Shown piece by piece: positions 50,859-63,322 of a stretch of 64,000 nt of DNA. Below the pieces are notes generated by a model. The model ran no database searches, was not told the DNA's origin, and was given only the letters and a program-made list of their open reading frames with translations. A program made the position numbers and the translations under genes. Position 1 is the first letter of the stretch. Every line of letters begins with the position of its first letter. Source of the stretch: Microbotryum violaceum (lineage: Eukaryota); the NCBI GenBank assembly GCA_001244265.2, contig CDLV01000009.1:496001-560000 (forward strand), read 5' to 3'.

Positions 50859-52683
50859 TCAGTCGCTTTGTCTGACGGGGGCAGAAACGACCCGAATACC
50901 AATTTGAGAAACCTCGTGTTCCTTCCAATCCCACTTGATACTTTCCCAGGGCCAAGCCCGCTTCGACGATTGACTCCTCCACTCGTCCAGGATCGCCCGA
51001 GTCATCCTCCCCTGCCAGCTCTCGCTCGCGACCATATCCTCAAAGATGCCGTCCTCGGTCAATTCCTTTGGCGATGCGAGCAGCTCGGCGCCGTATTTTT
51101 CGTGCTCCAGAATGCGCGTGCGCTCGTCCCCTTTCATCTCTTGCTCGGTCGGCACGTAATGAGACGCGCACCCGAGGGGTCCCTCGATCGCCCGCCAATC
51201 CGTGTGCACGTCTTTGGCAACCTCGGCTTTCGCGATACAATTCGCGAGCGATCGTTGCGCGTAGTGGTTGATGCCTAATGAATTATCGGGAAGAACCAGA
51301 CCTTTCATCGGGTAGATGTTGTTGGGGGGCTTGAGTCGATTCCCGAGCGCGTCCATGATGATGTTGGCTTCTGGGCGGTCGCCATTCGAAGCCTGGCAGC
51401 TGTGTGCTCCCCACCACGACGCCGGGCGAGGTGTATTTGGGTCCGGCCATTGAAGCAGCATCTGAATGTACGAGGGACACATTTTCAGATATTTACCACT
51501 CGTCAGTCCTAGCATCTAGCGATCCGGAGCGCCGAACGACTGACCTTTCCCCAAGTTTTCCTACCGGGATCCTTCTTCTCCCGAACGACGTGTCTCTCCG
51601 TCACGTATTCCATACCGATCTCTCGTACGCCCACGTTCGTGAACGTGATCCTGGGGATCGGCACGCAAGTCGCATTTCTTAGCTCGTGGGAGAGCAGGTG
51701 GTGCAGGGGGTAATCCCAGTTGTTCAGCTCGACCTGGCTCAATTTCCCAGATGCGATTGGTCTCGGAACTTGGGCTTTGCTTGATGCCGACTCTAGCACG
51801 AGGAACTCGTCGACGTCGATGTGAGCCGCCCAGAGAGAGGTGGAAAGGACCTCACGCTCGCAGAGCCTCAGCAGGTCGTCGCGATGATGGGCTCCAACAA
51901 AAACGTCGTCTGGTGAAGCAACGTCGGGGCCCAGGAAGTGTCAGCGGGTCCCCGCAGAGCAGTACGCGAGTCGCACTGTTCAAAGTACAAAATATAACTG
52001 ACCTGGATATTTGAGCTCGTACAGGACCACACTGCCCTCTTCGAGCCACGGTCGTAAAAGCTTACGCATCCCGAGCGTCGGTTTGTTGTCGAATAAGTAT
52101 ATCCGCTCTACATTCAGATCATGTTTGGATAGGGTCGGATTCAGTATGGAAGTCCCATATGCTACTTTGAACCTTGTGAGTTAAGCCACGAAGCGAGGAC
52201 GAGCACTCACCAACTCCGAGCAAGCGGTGCCACGTGATCCACTCGACGAGAAACTCTTCCTCGTGCGTCGCGATGCTGCAAAGGCTGAGGTTGAACTGCG
52301 TCGGTCGGTTCTTCTGGTCCAAGAGATTGAACTCGGCGATGGCCTGCACGAGTGGCACCGCGGTCGTTTCATCCGTCGAGACGGGATCACGCTCGATGAA
52401 GGGGAATGGTCGGGTCGACTCGTCCACCTTTTCGGAGTCCGTCAATCGGTCAAACTTGGCTCTATAGACACGCGCCAACACGGGGTATGGTTAATCCAAC
52501 GAATGCGTCGCCTCGGCGCCTCTATGCTTGTGGGTATTCACGCTGGAAGTGAACGTACCGTACACTGGCCGAAGCCAGCTTTCGCAGCGTTTGTTTGCTC
52601 GACGCGCTGAACGACACAACGAGTGCCACGACGAGCAGCACCGAGAGCACCGCGAGCCGGCGCGACGGCGTGACGACGGCCAT
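50859..52683 (-). CDS. GT-A fold glycosyltransferase, GT92/DUF23-like type II membrane protein
   Basis: Signal anchor (LAVLSVLLVVALVVSF), SLCSIATHEEEFLVEWITWHRLLGV|ERIYLFDN, HIDVDEFLV (DXD), C-terminal INHY. Confidence 0.7.
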
Positions 52684-53997
52684 GCTCGAGCGCGTCTGGC
52701 AAGCGGTAGCTTTAGGGCCGAGTCGAACGAAGGGATCGAGCTGATCACTGAAGCCACATTCACCGGGCCAAAGAGGTGTCCTGGGATCAGGTGACGTCGG
52801 AGAGACTGGTCTGAAAGGAGAGCTGGCCGACGTTCCGAGAACCAACGCGCAAGGTACTCTGACTCCTTGGGAGAAACGCGCGGACGCGGGGCTTCCGGGC
52901 CGGAAGCCCTGCATCGAAACAAGCTGGCACGCCGATTGACCTCTAATCGCGAGTTCTGACAGCTCGTCGTTGCTCTCACCCTCCACCAGATTCTGAGACA
53001 CTCACATACTAAGGAAGTACAACGTGATTAGGACCTGAGGTCTGCTTTCCTTGGGCTCAAATTAACGCTGGCAAGCTCATGACGACTCCTGAGTCATCGG
53101 CAGCTCTCGAGCCTCAGCTACACAAGGGAACGCAGTCGAGTGAGTCTTCGGCGTCAGATTCGCGTCTCTGATCGCTGCGAAACCATTTGCTCTGGCACCG
53201 GGTCGGCTCAATCACAGGTTCTGGACCTCCGGCAAGGTCCGTAAATACCTGCCTACTAGTACTCTGAGCCTGTCAGGATAACATAATCATGCGCCAGGGA
53301 GAGGCCGATGCATATATAATTCACTCGCCTGCGGTTTGATTCAGACATCGTTTGAGGTTAGCTCGATTCATTGTTGTGGTTTTCAAATAAGCCAGATAAC
53401 GCGTCGAGCCCTTTATAGTCACGACTTATCACATCCTCGTTGTCCCCGTTGTCCTTGTCGTCCTCGCCGTCCGGGTACGAATGTGACGAGGCTTTCCACC
53501 ATTTCACCAGATATATCAGACCATTTGAAAGGTGAATAAAATGATGTTAAGCTTCTCTCCGCGAGTGCAACCTTCCCCGGCGAGGCCACATGCAGCATTG
53601 TAGAGGCATAGAAGGGCGAAGCGCTTGCGATCACATTCGAAGCGGTCCGTTCATCCTTGGCCACGCGCAATCATAACTTACGATATCTTGCCTTGGAGCC
53701 TACCGTCGCGGTACTATCGTCAACGTGTATCTCATTCTGCGCGATTTAAGACAAAGCGTTTCGCGTATCCATCCCGCCTACTGCGGTGGACGCCAGATCA
53801 TTCGGGAAAAGAGCGCGCGCAGGGCCCGCCCCTCTCTTGCCAAGGTGCCGAACAAGTCTCCCAGAGATATTTTCACTCGTGGTGTGCAAGGCAGGGGGCA
53901 TCGAACATTACCGAGGCGTAGAGAAAGAACAGTCCAACTGTATGTATTGCATAACCAACTCAGGCACCATTTTTGCCCCACAACCCGGTCGGCACAC

Positions 53998-55970
53998 TTA
54001 GTTTCCACCGTCCTGAGATTGATCGTCGCCCCCGGCGGCGATAGCTGCCTCGTCCTCATCCTCACCCTCGAAAGAGCCTTCGGGAAGAGCGTACAATCGG
54101 ATGACGGGCTGTGAGATCACGTTCAAAAAGCAAGAAGTCAGCTTCTTGAAACCAGAATAAAGAATCGAAGAACGTGATCTTTAAACGCACCTTGTTGGGA
54201 TCCTTGAGCAAGATGTACTTGCCGTCGGGCTGCTTGAAGCACAGGTCGGCGATGGTGCGCACGATACCCCATCCATTCGAAAGGTTGACGTTCATCTGGG
54301 CAGCAAAGTCGCGGGATTTGTACCATTGCGTGCCCAAGATGGTGTGACGCGATGATTCGCGCGGGTTCGCTCGCGAGACGTAACCCATCTTTATCTGCTC
54401 CGCACCGGCGAGGATGCTCGAGACCGCCCATCGGGCAAGCTTGCTCGAGTTGTTCTTCATCTCGGTCGCGACAACGGCACCTCGTTGGCTGTCGAGCTTG
54501 CTCCTCCAGTCGGGTGCCCCACCCGAGCCTTGTGCGCGCGAATCGAACTCGTTTAGCGTCTTGAACGTGATGTACGTGTTGTTCTCGTTGGCGGTCGCGC
54601 CTCGAACGAACGAGTCAACCTCGGTTCGGACCACAATCTGTACGTCCTCATCCTCGCTCGTCGAGAGATCGAACAAGCGGTAGCGGTAGGCGCACGAGGC
54701 GAGCGGCTCGGTCTCGTCCGACGAGTAGAAAGGGTTGGGGTGCTCGAGCTCGATCCTCGCGTCCGGGTGCTCGCGCACAACTTGGAACGCAAAGTTTTGG
54801 TTGATGTAGGTCGCCTCGAGCGACAGCGACGAGGGAGAGTTGAGCGTATCTTTCTCGCCATCAAGGGGAGGATCGGCAGCGTTCTCGTTGACGGACAGGT
54901 AGTCGAAAGTGGCCCCCTCTCGCTTGTCCATGAAGAGCTTGTCGCCCTCGCGCGTGAGCACAATGTCCCACGGATAAACTGTTCGGGTCGTGCACATGAG
55001 CATCGCCAAGATGGCGTCGGTCGCAAAGATCTGTGCCTTGCCGTGGGCGGCGAGGTCCTGGATGACGGGATCGTCGGATGTGGTCGGGTTGTAGCGGATG
55101 CGCTCGATAATCTGTAGCGGCTTCTCGTTCTTGGTCGTGACACGGTCGTAGGTCTTGTCATACTCGTACAGGAAACCATGCGATGAGATTGTTTCCGGGT
55201 GTTCGGTGTCAACGTCGAGGCGCAGCTTGCCGAGACGGGAGAACTCGATCTCCTCGAGCACCTGCCAGTCGGCGCCGATGACGACGCTCGCGTCTCGTGT
55301 TCGCTGCTCCTTATTCCAGTCTCGCCATCCGAAGCGACCACCCTGTCCTCCGCCTCGTCCACCACGTCCTCCGGCCTGGCCACCACGACCACCGCCCTGC
55401 ATGGCGTTTCGTCCCCCCCGTGCACCGGCGGCTCCACCTCGGTTGCCACCCCGTCCTCCCCCGCGGTTGTTCTGGTTCGATCGCCCGAGGTTGCCGAGTC
55501 CACCACCGGCGGATCCACCGCGCTTCGACGCGGCGCTCTTGCTACCGTCGACGAGCGAAAAGCTGGCTTCGTCCTCGTCGTGGAAGTAGGCGAACGTGCC
55601 CGCACTCGAGGCGCCGAAGGCTTCCTTGGGCTCGCGACCGTACTTGCCCGCACCGGCGGTTTGACCGGGTCGTCGTTGCCCTGCGCCGGATTGACCGCCC
55701 GAAGTCGACGCATCCATGTTCCAGTCGACGATGCGACCGAGCTTGTCGTTCTTGGAGAAGGGCGCATACGGGATACTGTGATCAAATTCGGACACGGACG
55801 AGGGTCAGTTTGTGTGAGGCGAGTTGGTGAAGCCTCGAGATTCGAGGAGAGAAGGGGAGGGGTGAAACGCATGAAACGCACTCTTTGTATTGAGCAGGCA
55901 AATGCTCGGCCGAGGGGCCAAAGCCGTCCTGGTTGTCGACGACCGAGGCGATGAGATCGGAAAGACTCAT
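53998..55970 (-). CDS. EIF3D: Translation initiation factor 3 subunit D
   Basis: IPYAPFSKNDKLGRIVDW, DEASFSLVD, TTSDDPVIQ, YPWDIV, ATYINQNF, SQRGAVVATEMKNNSSKLARW, KDPNK|PVIRLY. Confidence 0.96.
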
Positions 55971-56878
55971 GTCTGGTGAAGGAGTGTCGGTAGGTGTAGG
56001 TGTTAGAGGGTAGGGCAGAGGGAGCGTAAGTGTGGTTGCGAACGCGACGGCGCCAAGGGACGTGACAGAAGGCAGCAGCAAGTGGAGAGCAGAAGAGTCG
56101 TATCAGCAAGAAAGGCACAATCTGAAGAAAGAAACAAGTTCCCCGAGCCAACTCACTGTAGTTCTTGACGACTTTAGGGTCGGGAAGGATTCCAGGGGCC
56201 AGCAGCTCGCAGGGCTTGAGAAATGCACGCAGAACAATTTGGCAAAGCGGCTCGCACGGACCGCTTCAGAATATATTTTGGACGCCGCCGCTCGGCTAAG
56301 AGTCGGCTAGTCGGCTCACTCGGCTTGAGTCGACATGTCTGACAGTGACACTGTGACACGCCACTTGTCGCCGCTGACTCGGCATAGGGTCAACTTTATC
56401 CGTAATTTAATTAAGTAGATGTATCTGGCTGTACCCCGACAGCACCAGGAGCTGGGCGTCGCGCCGTCGATGTTCTCACTGGCATTCCGACTTGGCTCGT
56501 TTTAGGCAACCCAGCGCCTCATTCAGCAGCGCCATGCTGACGCAGGCTGACGAGATCCGGTTTCCACTCGGTTCCTTGACCGTCGATCACTTCGCGAGTA
56601 TAAGTCACTCTGACCGAGCTTGCCTTTCTTCCTCTTTCTGTTCACATCTCTTCACATTTGACACGTTCCTCAGTCGTATACTCTTCCTAATCTAAGGTGA
56701 GTATTTCTCGCTCAATCTTTCTTATGGTCCACTCGGCGTGCCCACCTCGGCTCGCGCTCGGAGACGGCAGACCCAACTCGTGGACGACCAATTTCCGCAA
56801 CTGCAGCGGCCCCCAAGCTGACCCAGTAATCCTCGATCCGCACTCTCACCATCAGCCACCCATCCTCAAATAAACATC

Positions 56879-57841
56879 ATGTCTTCCAAGTTCATCTCCT
56901 CTTTGACCGCCCGTCGCACCGTCTACGCCTTGTCGGCCTCTTCTCCCGTCCCCAACTCGAAGGTCAGTCCAAGCCTCAGGGGACTTGGGTCGAGAAGTGG
57001 GAGCGTCGTTCACTGATGCGAGTTCGTCTCGCAACGTCTCCCAGATTGTGGAAATTGTCAATGAAGTCGTCAAGCACTCGCCGACGTCGTTCAATTCACA
57101 ATCTTCAAGGGCCGTTGTAGTCTTTGGTAAGTCTTCGCTTTCTCCGGATCCTCCTCGGAGTAGCCTTCAGGCAAGTTGATCCGGACAGAGCATCGAGCTG
57201 ATCGAGTATTATGTGTCTTCCCTCCTCATCTCCTCATCTCCTCTATTGCCTCCAGGCGATGAGCACAAGAAGGTAAGCACTGGCTCAAGTTCTTCAAAAT
57301 ACGACGACAGGGCCTCGTATGCTAATGACGATCCAATTTCTTAGGTCTGGCAATTCACCAAGAAGGCGCTCAAGGCGATCGTCCCCGCCGAAGCGTGGCC
57401 CCAATCCGAGCAACGCCTCAGTGGGTTCGAGAACGCTCACGGCACGGTCCTTCTCTACGAGGACAAGAATGTCGTCAAGAGTCTGCAGGAAAATATGCCC
57501 ATGTACGCGGACAAATTCCCGCAATGGGCCGACCATGCTCATGGGTAAGCCGAAGGAAAGCCTCTCGTTCCGAAGTTTGGTCTTTCGAGCTAACTCGTCC
57601 TTGATCTCTACGTTCATTCAGAATCCTCGCTTCCAACTTGTGGGTCGCGCTTGAGCTCGAAGGACTCGGCGCCAATTTGCAGCACTACAACCCTCTTTTG
57701 GACGCCGACGTTCAAAAGGAGTTTGACATCCCCGAAGGATGGGAACTCAAGGCGCAACTCGTGTTCGGTAAAGTTGAGGCTCCCGCCGGCGAGAAGACGT
57801 TCCAACCTCTCGAGAGCCGAGTCAAGGTTTTTGGTGCCTAA
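56879..57841 (+). CDS. Nitroreductase-like protein (Hbn1/Frm2 family)
   Basis: ARRTVYAL, VKHSPTSFNSQSSR, GTVLFYED, WVALELEGLGANLQHYNP, WELKAQLVFG. Four coding introns and a probable 5' UTR intron (~56697-56855). Confidence 0.92.
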
Positions 57842-57860
57842 ACGTGGTATGAATTTGGTA

Positions 57861-58281
57861 GAGCAGTCGAATTGGTAGTGCTTGGGAACTCTCGATCTTA
57901 GTTTTGCATGACGAGCAGTCGAATTGGTAGTGCTTGGGAACTCTCGATCTTAGTTTTGCATGACGAGCAGTCGAATTGGTAGTGCTTGGGAACTCTCGAT
58001 CTTAGTTTTGCATGACGAGCAGTCGAATTGGTAGTGCTTGGGAACTCTCGATCTTAGTTTTGCATGACGAGCAGTCGAATTGGTAGTGCTTGGGAACTCT
58101 CGATCTTAGTTTTGCATGACGAGCAGTCGAATTGGTAGTGCTTGGGAACTCTCGATCTTAGTTTTGCATGACGAGCAGTCGAATTGGTAGTGCTTGGGAA
58201 CTCTCGATCTTAGTTTTGCATGACGAGCAGTCGAATTGGTAGTGCTTGGGAACTCTCGATTTTAGTTTTGCATGACGAGCA
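57861..58281. repeat. 52-bp minisatellite, 8 copies plus 5 nt
   Basis: Unit GAGCAGTCGAATTGGTAGTGCTTGGGAACTCTCGATCTTAGTTTTGCATGAC starts at 57861, 57913 ... 58225. A single C>T difference at 58261. Confidence 0.98.
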
Positions 58282-58314
58282 TTAGATTTATCACACTTGG
58301 TCGCCACGCACGGT

Positions 58315-59624
58315 TCAATAAGCTTCCAAGGCCGAATCTCGTTCGTCCGATTCGGTCCACCGAGGTTGGGCATCCGGAAACTCGGCACCTCGTACTTTGA
58401 GATTATAAGAAGCTACAGTGTAAGGAGGGAAAGGTCAGCATTTTTGGAGCAAGCGGTCAACATGCGAAGGTGCGACCGCACCGAGTTCAATCTTGCTCAA
58501 GCTCTGATCGAGCACGACCAATTTTTTGCCCAGCCACCGTGCGTAAGGTGCAAGTGGATCCAAATCTGCGTACTCCCAGATGAAAGAGGTCAATCACTCA
58601 TGCCCGAAGCTCGAGGGACACTTGCCTGCTCCGACTCACCTCCTTTGATAGCCCTCACCAAGCTCCCGAGATCATCGATATCCTCCCCCTTGTCTCCACC
58701 CGTCGCGGCCGTCGCAGCCGCCAACGACTTGCCAATCGAAGCAATGGCCAAACGCATCAATTCACCCGTCAGATCCGCAATGCCCCCTAGATAATCCTCT
58801 CCTGTGACTCGAACCAAAGGGGTTCGATCGTTGGGTTTGGTTGTGGATTCGGAGGGTTCGGCGGGAAGAGGCGATAGTAGGGAAGCCTGAGCTTCGGAAA
58901 GAGTCGGAATCCTTTGGTGGAGCATGTAGTAATAAAAGGTCCATCCCTCGAGCTGTGTAGAGGGGCGCTTGGTCAGCGAACCCAAAGCTAGCTCAGAAAG
59001 AGCACGACTTGGAAAGACGAACATATTCCTGCATTCCTGGTGAAATCGCTTTCTCGTATCTGTGGTGAGGACAGAGAAGCAACGATTCAGCCAAAATTTC
59101 GTTTACACAAGTTCTCTTGTCTAGGACGTACCTCCAGAATTGATCGCCTTGGACCTCAACGTGCACCTTGATGAAGAGCTCTCTCAGTTGCGCGATCTTG
59201 GCCTCGGCTTCTTGGAGGACTGTAGCGCGAGGGGTGTTGGTGATTCTACAACGTTATTTGGTTTTCTGTCAGCATTTATTGTCTGTGCCTTTCCATGATG
59301 CACCCGAGCGGCCGAGACGTACCGATGGAGGGTGAAGATGAGTTTCTTGGACAGCGCAGTGATGTCACGCGAGGTCTTGATCACTCGTTCCCTTCGGTCT
59401 TGCTACAGTTCGAACCGTGTCAAAGCGCAGGCATCAGCTTACAAGCCCACTCGGCGGGATGTGCAGTTCCGTATCGCAGGAAGCGAGAGACCGACATGAG
59501 CATCCAACTCGGTTCGAAAGCCGGCAAAGTCGTCGAGCAGGGATTGACCACGCGTGCGTTTCAGGGAAGGTGTATCGAGCGTTTTAGCCGAGGTGGTCGC
59601 CACTGATTCCGAGAGAGTTACCAT
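58315..59624 (-). CDS. TSNAX: Translin-associated factor X (TRAX, C3PO nuclease subunit)
   Basis: FRTELDAH, ERVIKTSRDITALSKKLIFTLHR, SPGMQEY, DYLGGIADLTGELMRLAI, YNLKVRGAE. Confidence 0.88.
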
Positions 59625-59994
59625 TGCGGAGAAATGAAGAAGAGAAGGCCAGCCGTGTCGTGTCGGTCCGGTGCAAGCAAGTGGGGGGGCGCGAAGTGCG
59701 AGGCGGGACGAGTCGTATGTAATGCTTGGACAAGTTGAGTGCTCGGACCCGCGCGGCAAGGCATGCCGGCGTCTGCGGGCGTACTGGCGCGTGCAGCGGC
59801 TCAGCGGCTCAGCGGCTCAGGCCGAGCTGCAGGCAAGCAATGCCTCGACCAGCCTCGACAGCGCCTCGACCCAACGGATCGATTCGCGAGGCGACTGCTC
59901 GGAAAGCGCGACGTCGTATCCCTCGGCCGGCATCGTGATCCTACTCTCTCCCGCCCACCTCCGTCCCTCCCCCTCCCCCCTTCTCCGACCAAGC

Positions 59995-62224
59995 ATGTCT
60001 TCCCTGCGAGCCTCTCAGCAGCTGTTGCGTTCGGTCGTGCGCCCCTCGCCGTCGACGTCGACCGCGCGATTCGTCGCCGCAACTCGTGGCCTCAAGACCT
60101 CGGCGCGCTCCACCGTTGCGAACCAGCTCATCAACAAGCGATTCGCCTCGAGTGACGCTTCCAACGATGGGTCCATCCAGGTCCGTTTCAGCGCTTGTTT
60201 CTTGGTTGCATTGGCACAGGGTTCCTCCAATCCGACGCGTGTCTCGGTCGCAATGGTCTCCCCCCACCCATCCGCCGTTCCTCCCCCAAGCTCCGCAACC
60301 GCCGACAGCCAACAAGCAGCGCCGCCGGCCTCGGAGTGATCCGCTATGATGTCCATCACCCAGCGTCGCATCGTGAGGAATCCGACGCCGATGTCATCGC
60401 ATGATATCGTTGAGATCATCGGCAATTGGACCGCAGGGCTTGGAGCGCTTGGCGACACGGATTCATGCTCTTGGGGGGTCGCGTCGGCATCGACGGGCCG
60501 TTGGCTCCACGCACTCCTCCCTGATCCCCCACCCTCGCACGCCCGGCTTCAACAACGCAACAGTAGTTCGCCCACCAACTTTGCGCGGATCAGAAGAACT
60601 AATAGGAGTTCTTCTTCCTTGCATTCTCACTCCAGATGACCGTTCGTGAGGCATTGAACACGGCGATGGAGGAGGAGATGATTCGAGACGAGACCGTCTT
60701 CATCCTCGGTGAGGAGGTCGCTCAATATAACGGTGCCTACAAGGTCAGTCTTGACCCCTAGCACCTTTCCAACCAGACAGGCTCACATATACTGACTCCA
60801 CAACTTTGTCACCTCAGGTCACGAAAGGTCTGCTCGACAAATTCGGCGAGAAGCGAGTTATCGATACACGTCAGTCCATCTCCCCCACGTGATCCGGTCT
60901 TAATCACCGTTGCTCATGTTGCATCTTTCTCCGCGTTTCGTTTCACAGCGATTACCGAGGCTGGTTTTACGGGTTTGGCCGTCGGTGCCGCTTTCGCAGG
61001 ATTGAGGCCCATCTGCGAGTTCATGACCTTTAACTTTGCCATGCAAGCCATCGACCAAATCGTCAACTCGGCAGCAAAGACCTACTACATGTCTGGAGGG
61101 TACGTGCAGACGACATCGCAACTTGTTGGTTGCTCTTGGCTGATTTTTGGGACTTGCTTTCTCGATTAAGTAACGTACCGTGCCCCATCGTCTTCCGAGG
61201 CGCCAACGGTGCCGCCGCTGGTGTCGGTGCTCAGCACTCGCAAGACTACGCTTGTCAGTTATTCTCTCTCTGTCAAGGTTTGTGAATAGCGTGGGTTTGA
61301 CGGGCTCATTTTCACGCCACAGCTTGGTACGGTCAAATCCCCGGCCTCAAGGTCGTGTCGCCTTACAGTGCCGAGGACTGCCGTGGGCTCCTCAAGGTAG
61401 GTGCTATATCGCCCACTTAAATATGTGAGATCTACAGGCTTATGGCCATATATTCTCGAATGCAATCTGCGCACCCAGGCCGCCATCCGTGACCCCAACC
61501 CGGTCGTCTTCCTCGAAAACGAGATCCTGTACGGTCAAAACTTCCCCGTGTCGAAGGAGGCGCAATCGACCGACTTCCTGCTCCCGATCGGCAAAGCCAA
61601 GATTGAACGCAAGGGAACGGACGTGACCGTCGTCGCTCACTCGCGCATGGTCGGCCTTTCGCTTGAAGCTGCGGAGATCTTGAAGAAGGAGGAGGGCATC
61701 GAGGTCGAGGTCATCAACATGAGGAGTATCAGGCCGTTGGACATTGAGACAATCATCGAGAGTGTCAAGAAGACAAACAGGTATGTTGACGAGGGCGATG
61801 GGTCGCTGCAATAACTACTTGGCTGATATGACAAGCCACCACCCTTTCATGTACAGGCTTGTGACCGTTGAGGGTGGTTTCCCTGCGTTCGGCGTTGGAT
61901 CCGAAATGTACGTGATCGGATGATACGATGAAAGATGTCTATCCTCGTGCTGATCCTTGGTCACTACGTACTCTCCAGCTGCGCGCAAGTTGTCGAGTCC
62001 GAGGCCTTCAGCTACCTCGACGCACCCGTCGAGCGAGTCACTGGTGCCGATCTCCCCACTCCCGTGCGTATCACAAGCGTTCGCCCTATCCTTGTAACTG
62101 AGCTGATCCTCACTGTCTTGATCCAATGCTCAACTTGCAGTATGCTCAAGTGCTCGAGGAGCTTGCCTTCCCTACGACCGATATCATTGTCAAGGTCGTC
62201 AAGAGGTCCCTTTACAAGTCGTAA
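59995..62224 (+). CDS. PDB1: Pyruvate dehydrogenase E1 beta subunit, mitochondrial
   Basis: Presequence, [82 protein letters not shown]. Confidence 0.97.
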
Positions 62225-63293
62225 AGAAAGAAAGCCATCTAACCCCCCCCCCTTTCCCCCCTTAACCTCTACTTTGTCATTCTTCTTTCTTTCGGAGCCC
62301 ATGGGGGTCTGCTGCTGCTATATTGTTTGGACTAGAGTAAACTGAGGAACAGGCGCGTCGGCTTCTCGCTGACCTTGAGAGCTGCGAAGTACGTCCAAGA
62401 TCGACCCGTCGAGGCTGATGTACAGAACAAAGAAGGGCCGAGCGACTCCAAGCTGCGAAAGAAGGGCTCGAGTGGGTTGATAGGCAGAGGGTGGCCCCTC
62501 AGTCGATCGACGGCAGCAAGCACTTGTTGGTCTCGCCTTTAGGAACCACAACAGACGGCTCTCATCTGCTGCGGACCCCCCCCCCCCCCCCCCCTTCACT
62601 CTCTTAGCTTGTTCGGGCGGCTCCGAGAACCAGACGAGTCGCAGTCAGGAAGCCTACACCCTCTGTAGCCAGATAAACTCTCTGCACCCTGTTTCTGAAG
62701 CGCTACCTAGTATCAGCATGGAGGTTTGTCTCTGCACAGGCTTCGGCGAATGCAGGGCGGTGCGGCCGCCACCGCAAACCTGAGGCCCGATCGGTCCGAG
62801 TCCCGGCGGCCGGCAGCCGCGATGATGTACGCGGAAAGTGGGAATGATTCGGCCTCGTGGAGGCAACTTCACACTATTGCTGTATCTTGTCGCATACAGC
62901 TACAGGCGGTAACTCTGCAGCGCACTCTTGTTCGCACTCCAGCTGTCTAGCTAGCAGAGGGGCCCTCGAGTCAGACCTGTGACTCGGATTCGAGGAGCGA
63001 TCGGCGCGCCCGGCCGGCAAGCCGCAACACCCCGCGCGGTCCTTCGGTAGAGTTCGGCTTATCTCCAAGTTCTCGGAGGAGTTCCTGCAGTGTCTAGACT
63101 TTTCGGATGAGAGCTCTCTATCTACGCTTCAAGTTGGTGTGCTCTGAAGCTCTCTGCTCTCCATGCTCAGCGGGGGATAAGACAGTCCAAAAGTTCAACC
63201 GAGCCGAGCTCGGCCGACGTCGAGATGTGCGACAATTAAACACAATACTCTTGTTACTCGCGATCAGTCTCCGGTAATTCGGCCGAGTTCCGG

Positions 63294-63322
63294 ATTTTAT
63301 TTTTATTTTATTTTATTTTATT
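63294..63322. repeat. (ATTTT)n microsatellite, ~6 units
   Basis: Directly visible. Confidence 0.85.

Noticed and set aside
54553-56151. 532-aa minus-strand ORF overlapping eIF3d
   Set aside because: Alternative frame of eIF3d, rich in Arg/Ser/Thr/Pro and without domain features.
57861-58281. CRISPR-like appearance of the 52-bp array
   Set aside because: Units are contiguous and identical with no variable spacers, there are no cas genes, and the context is eukaryotic.
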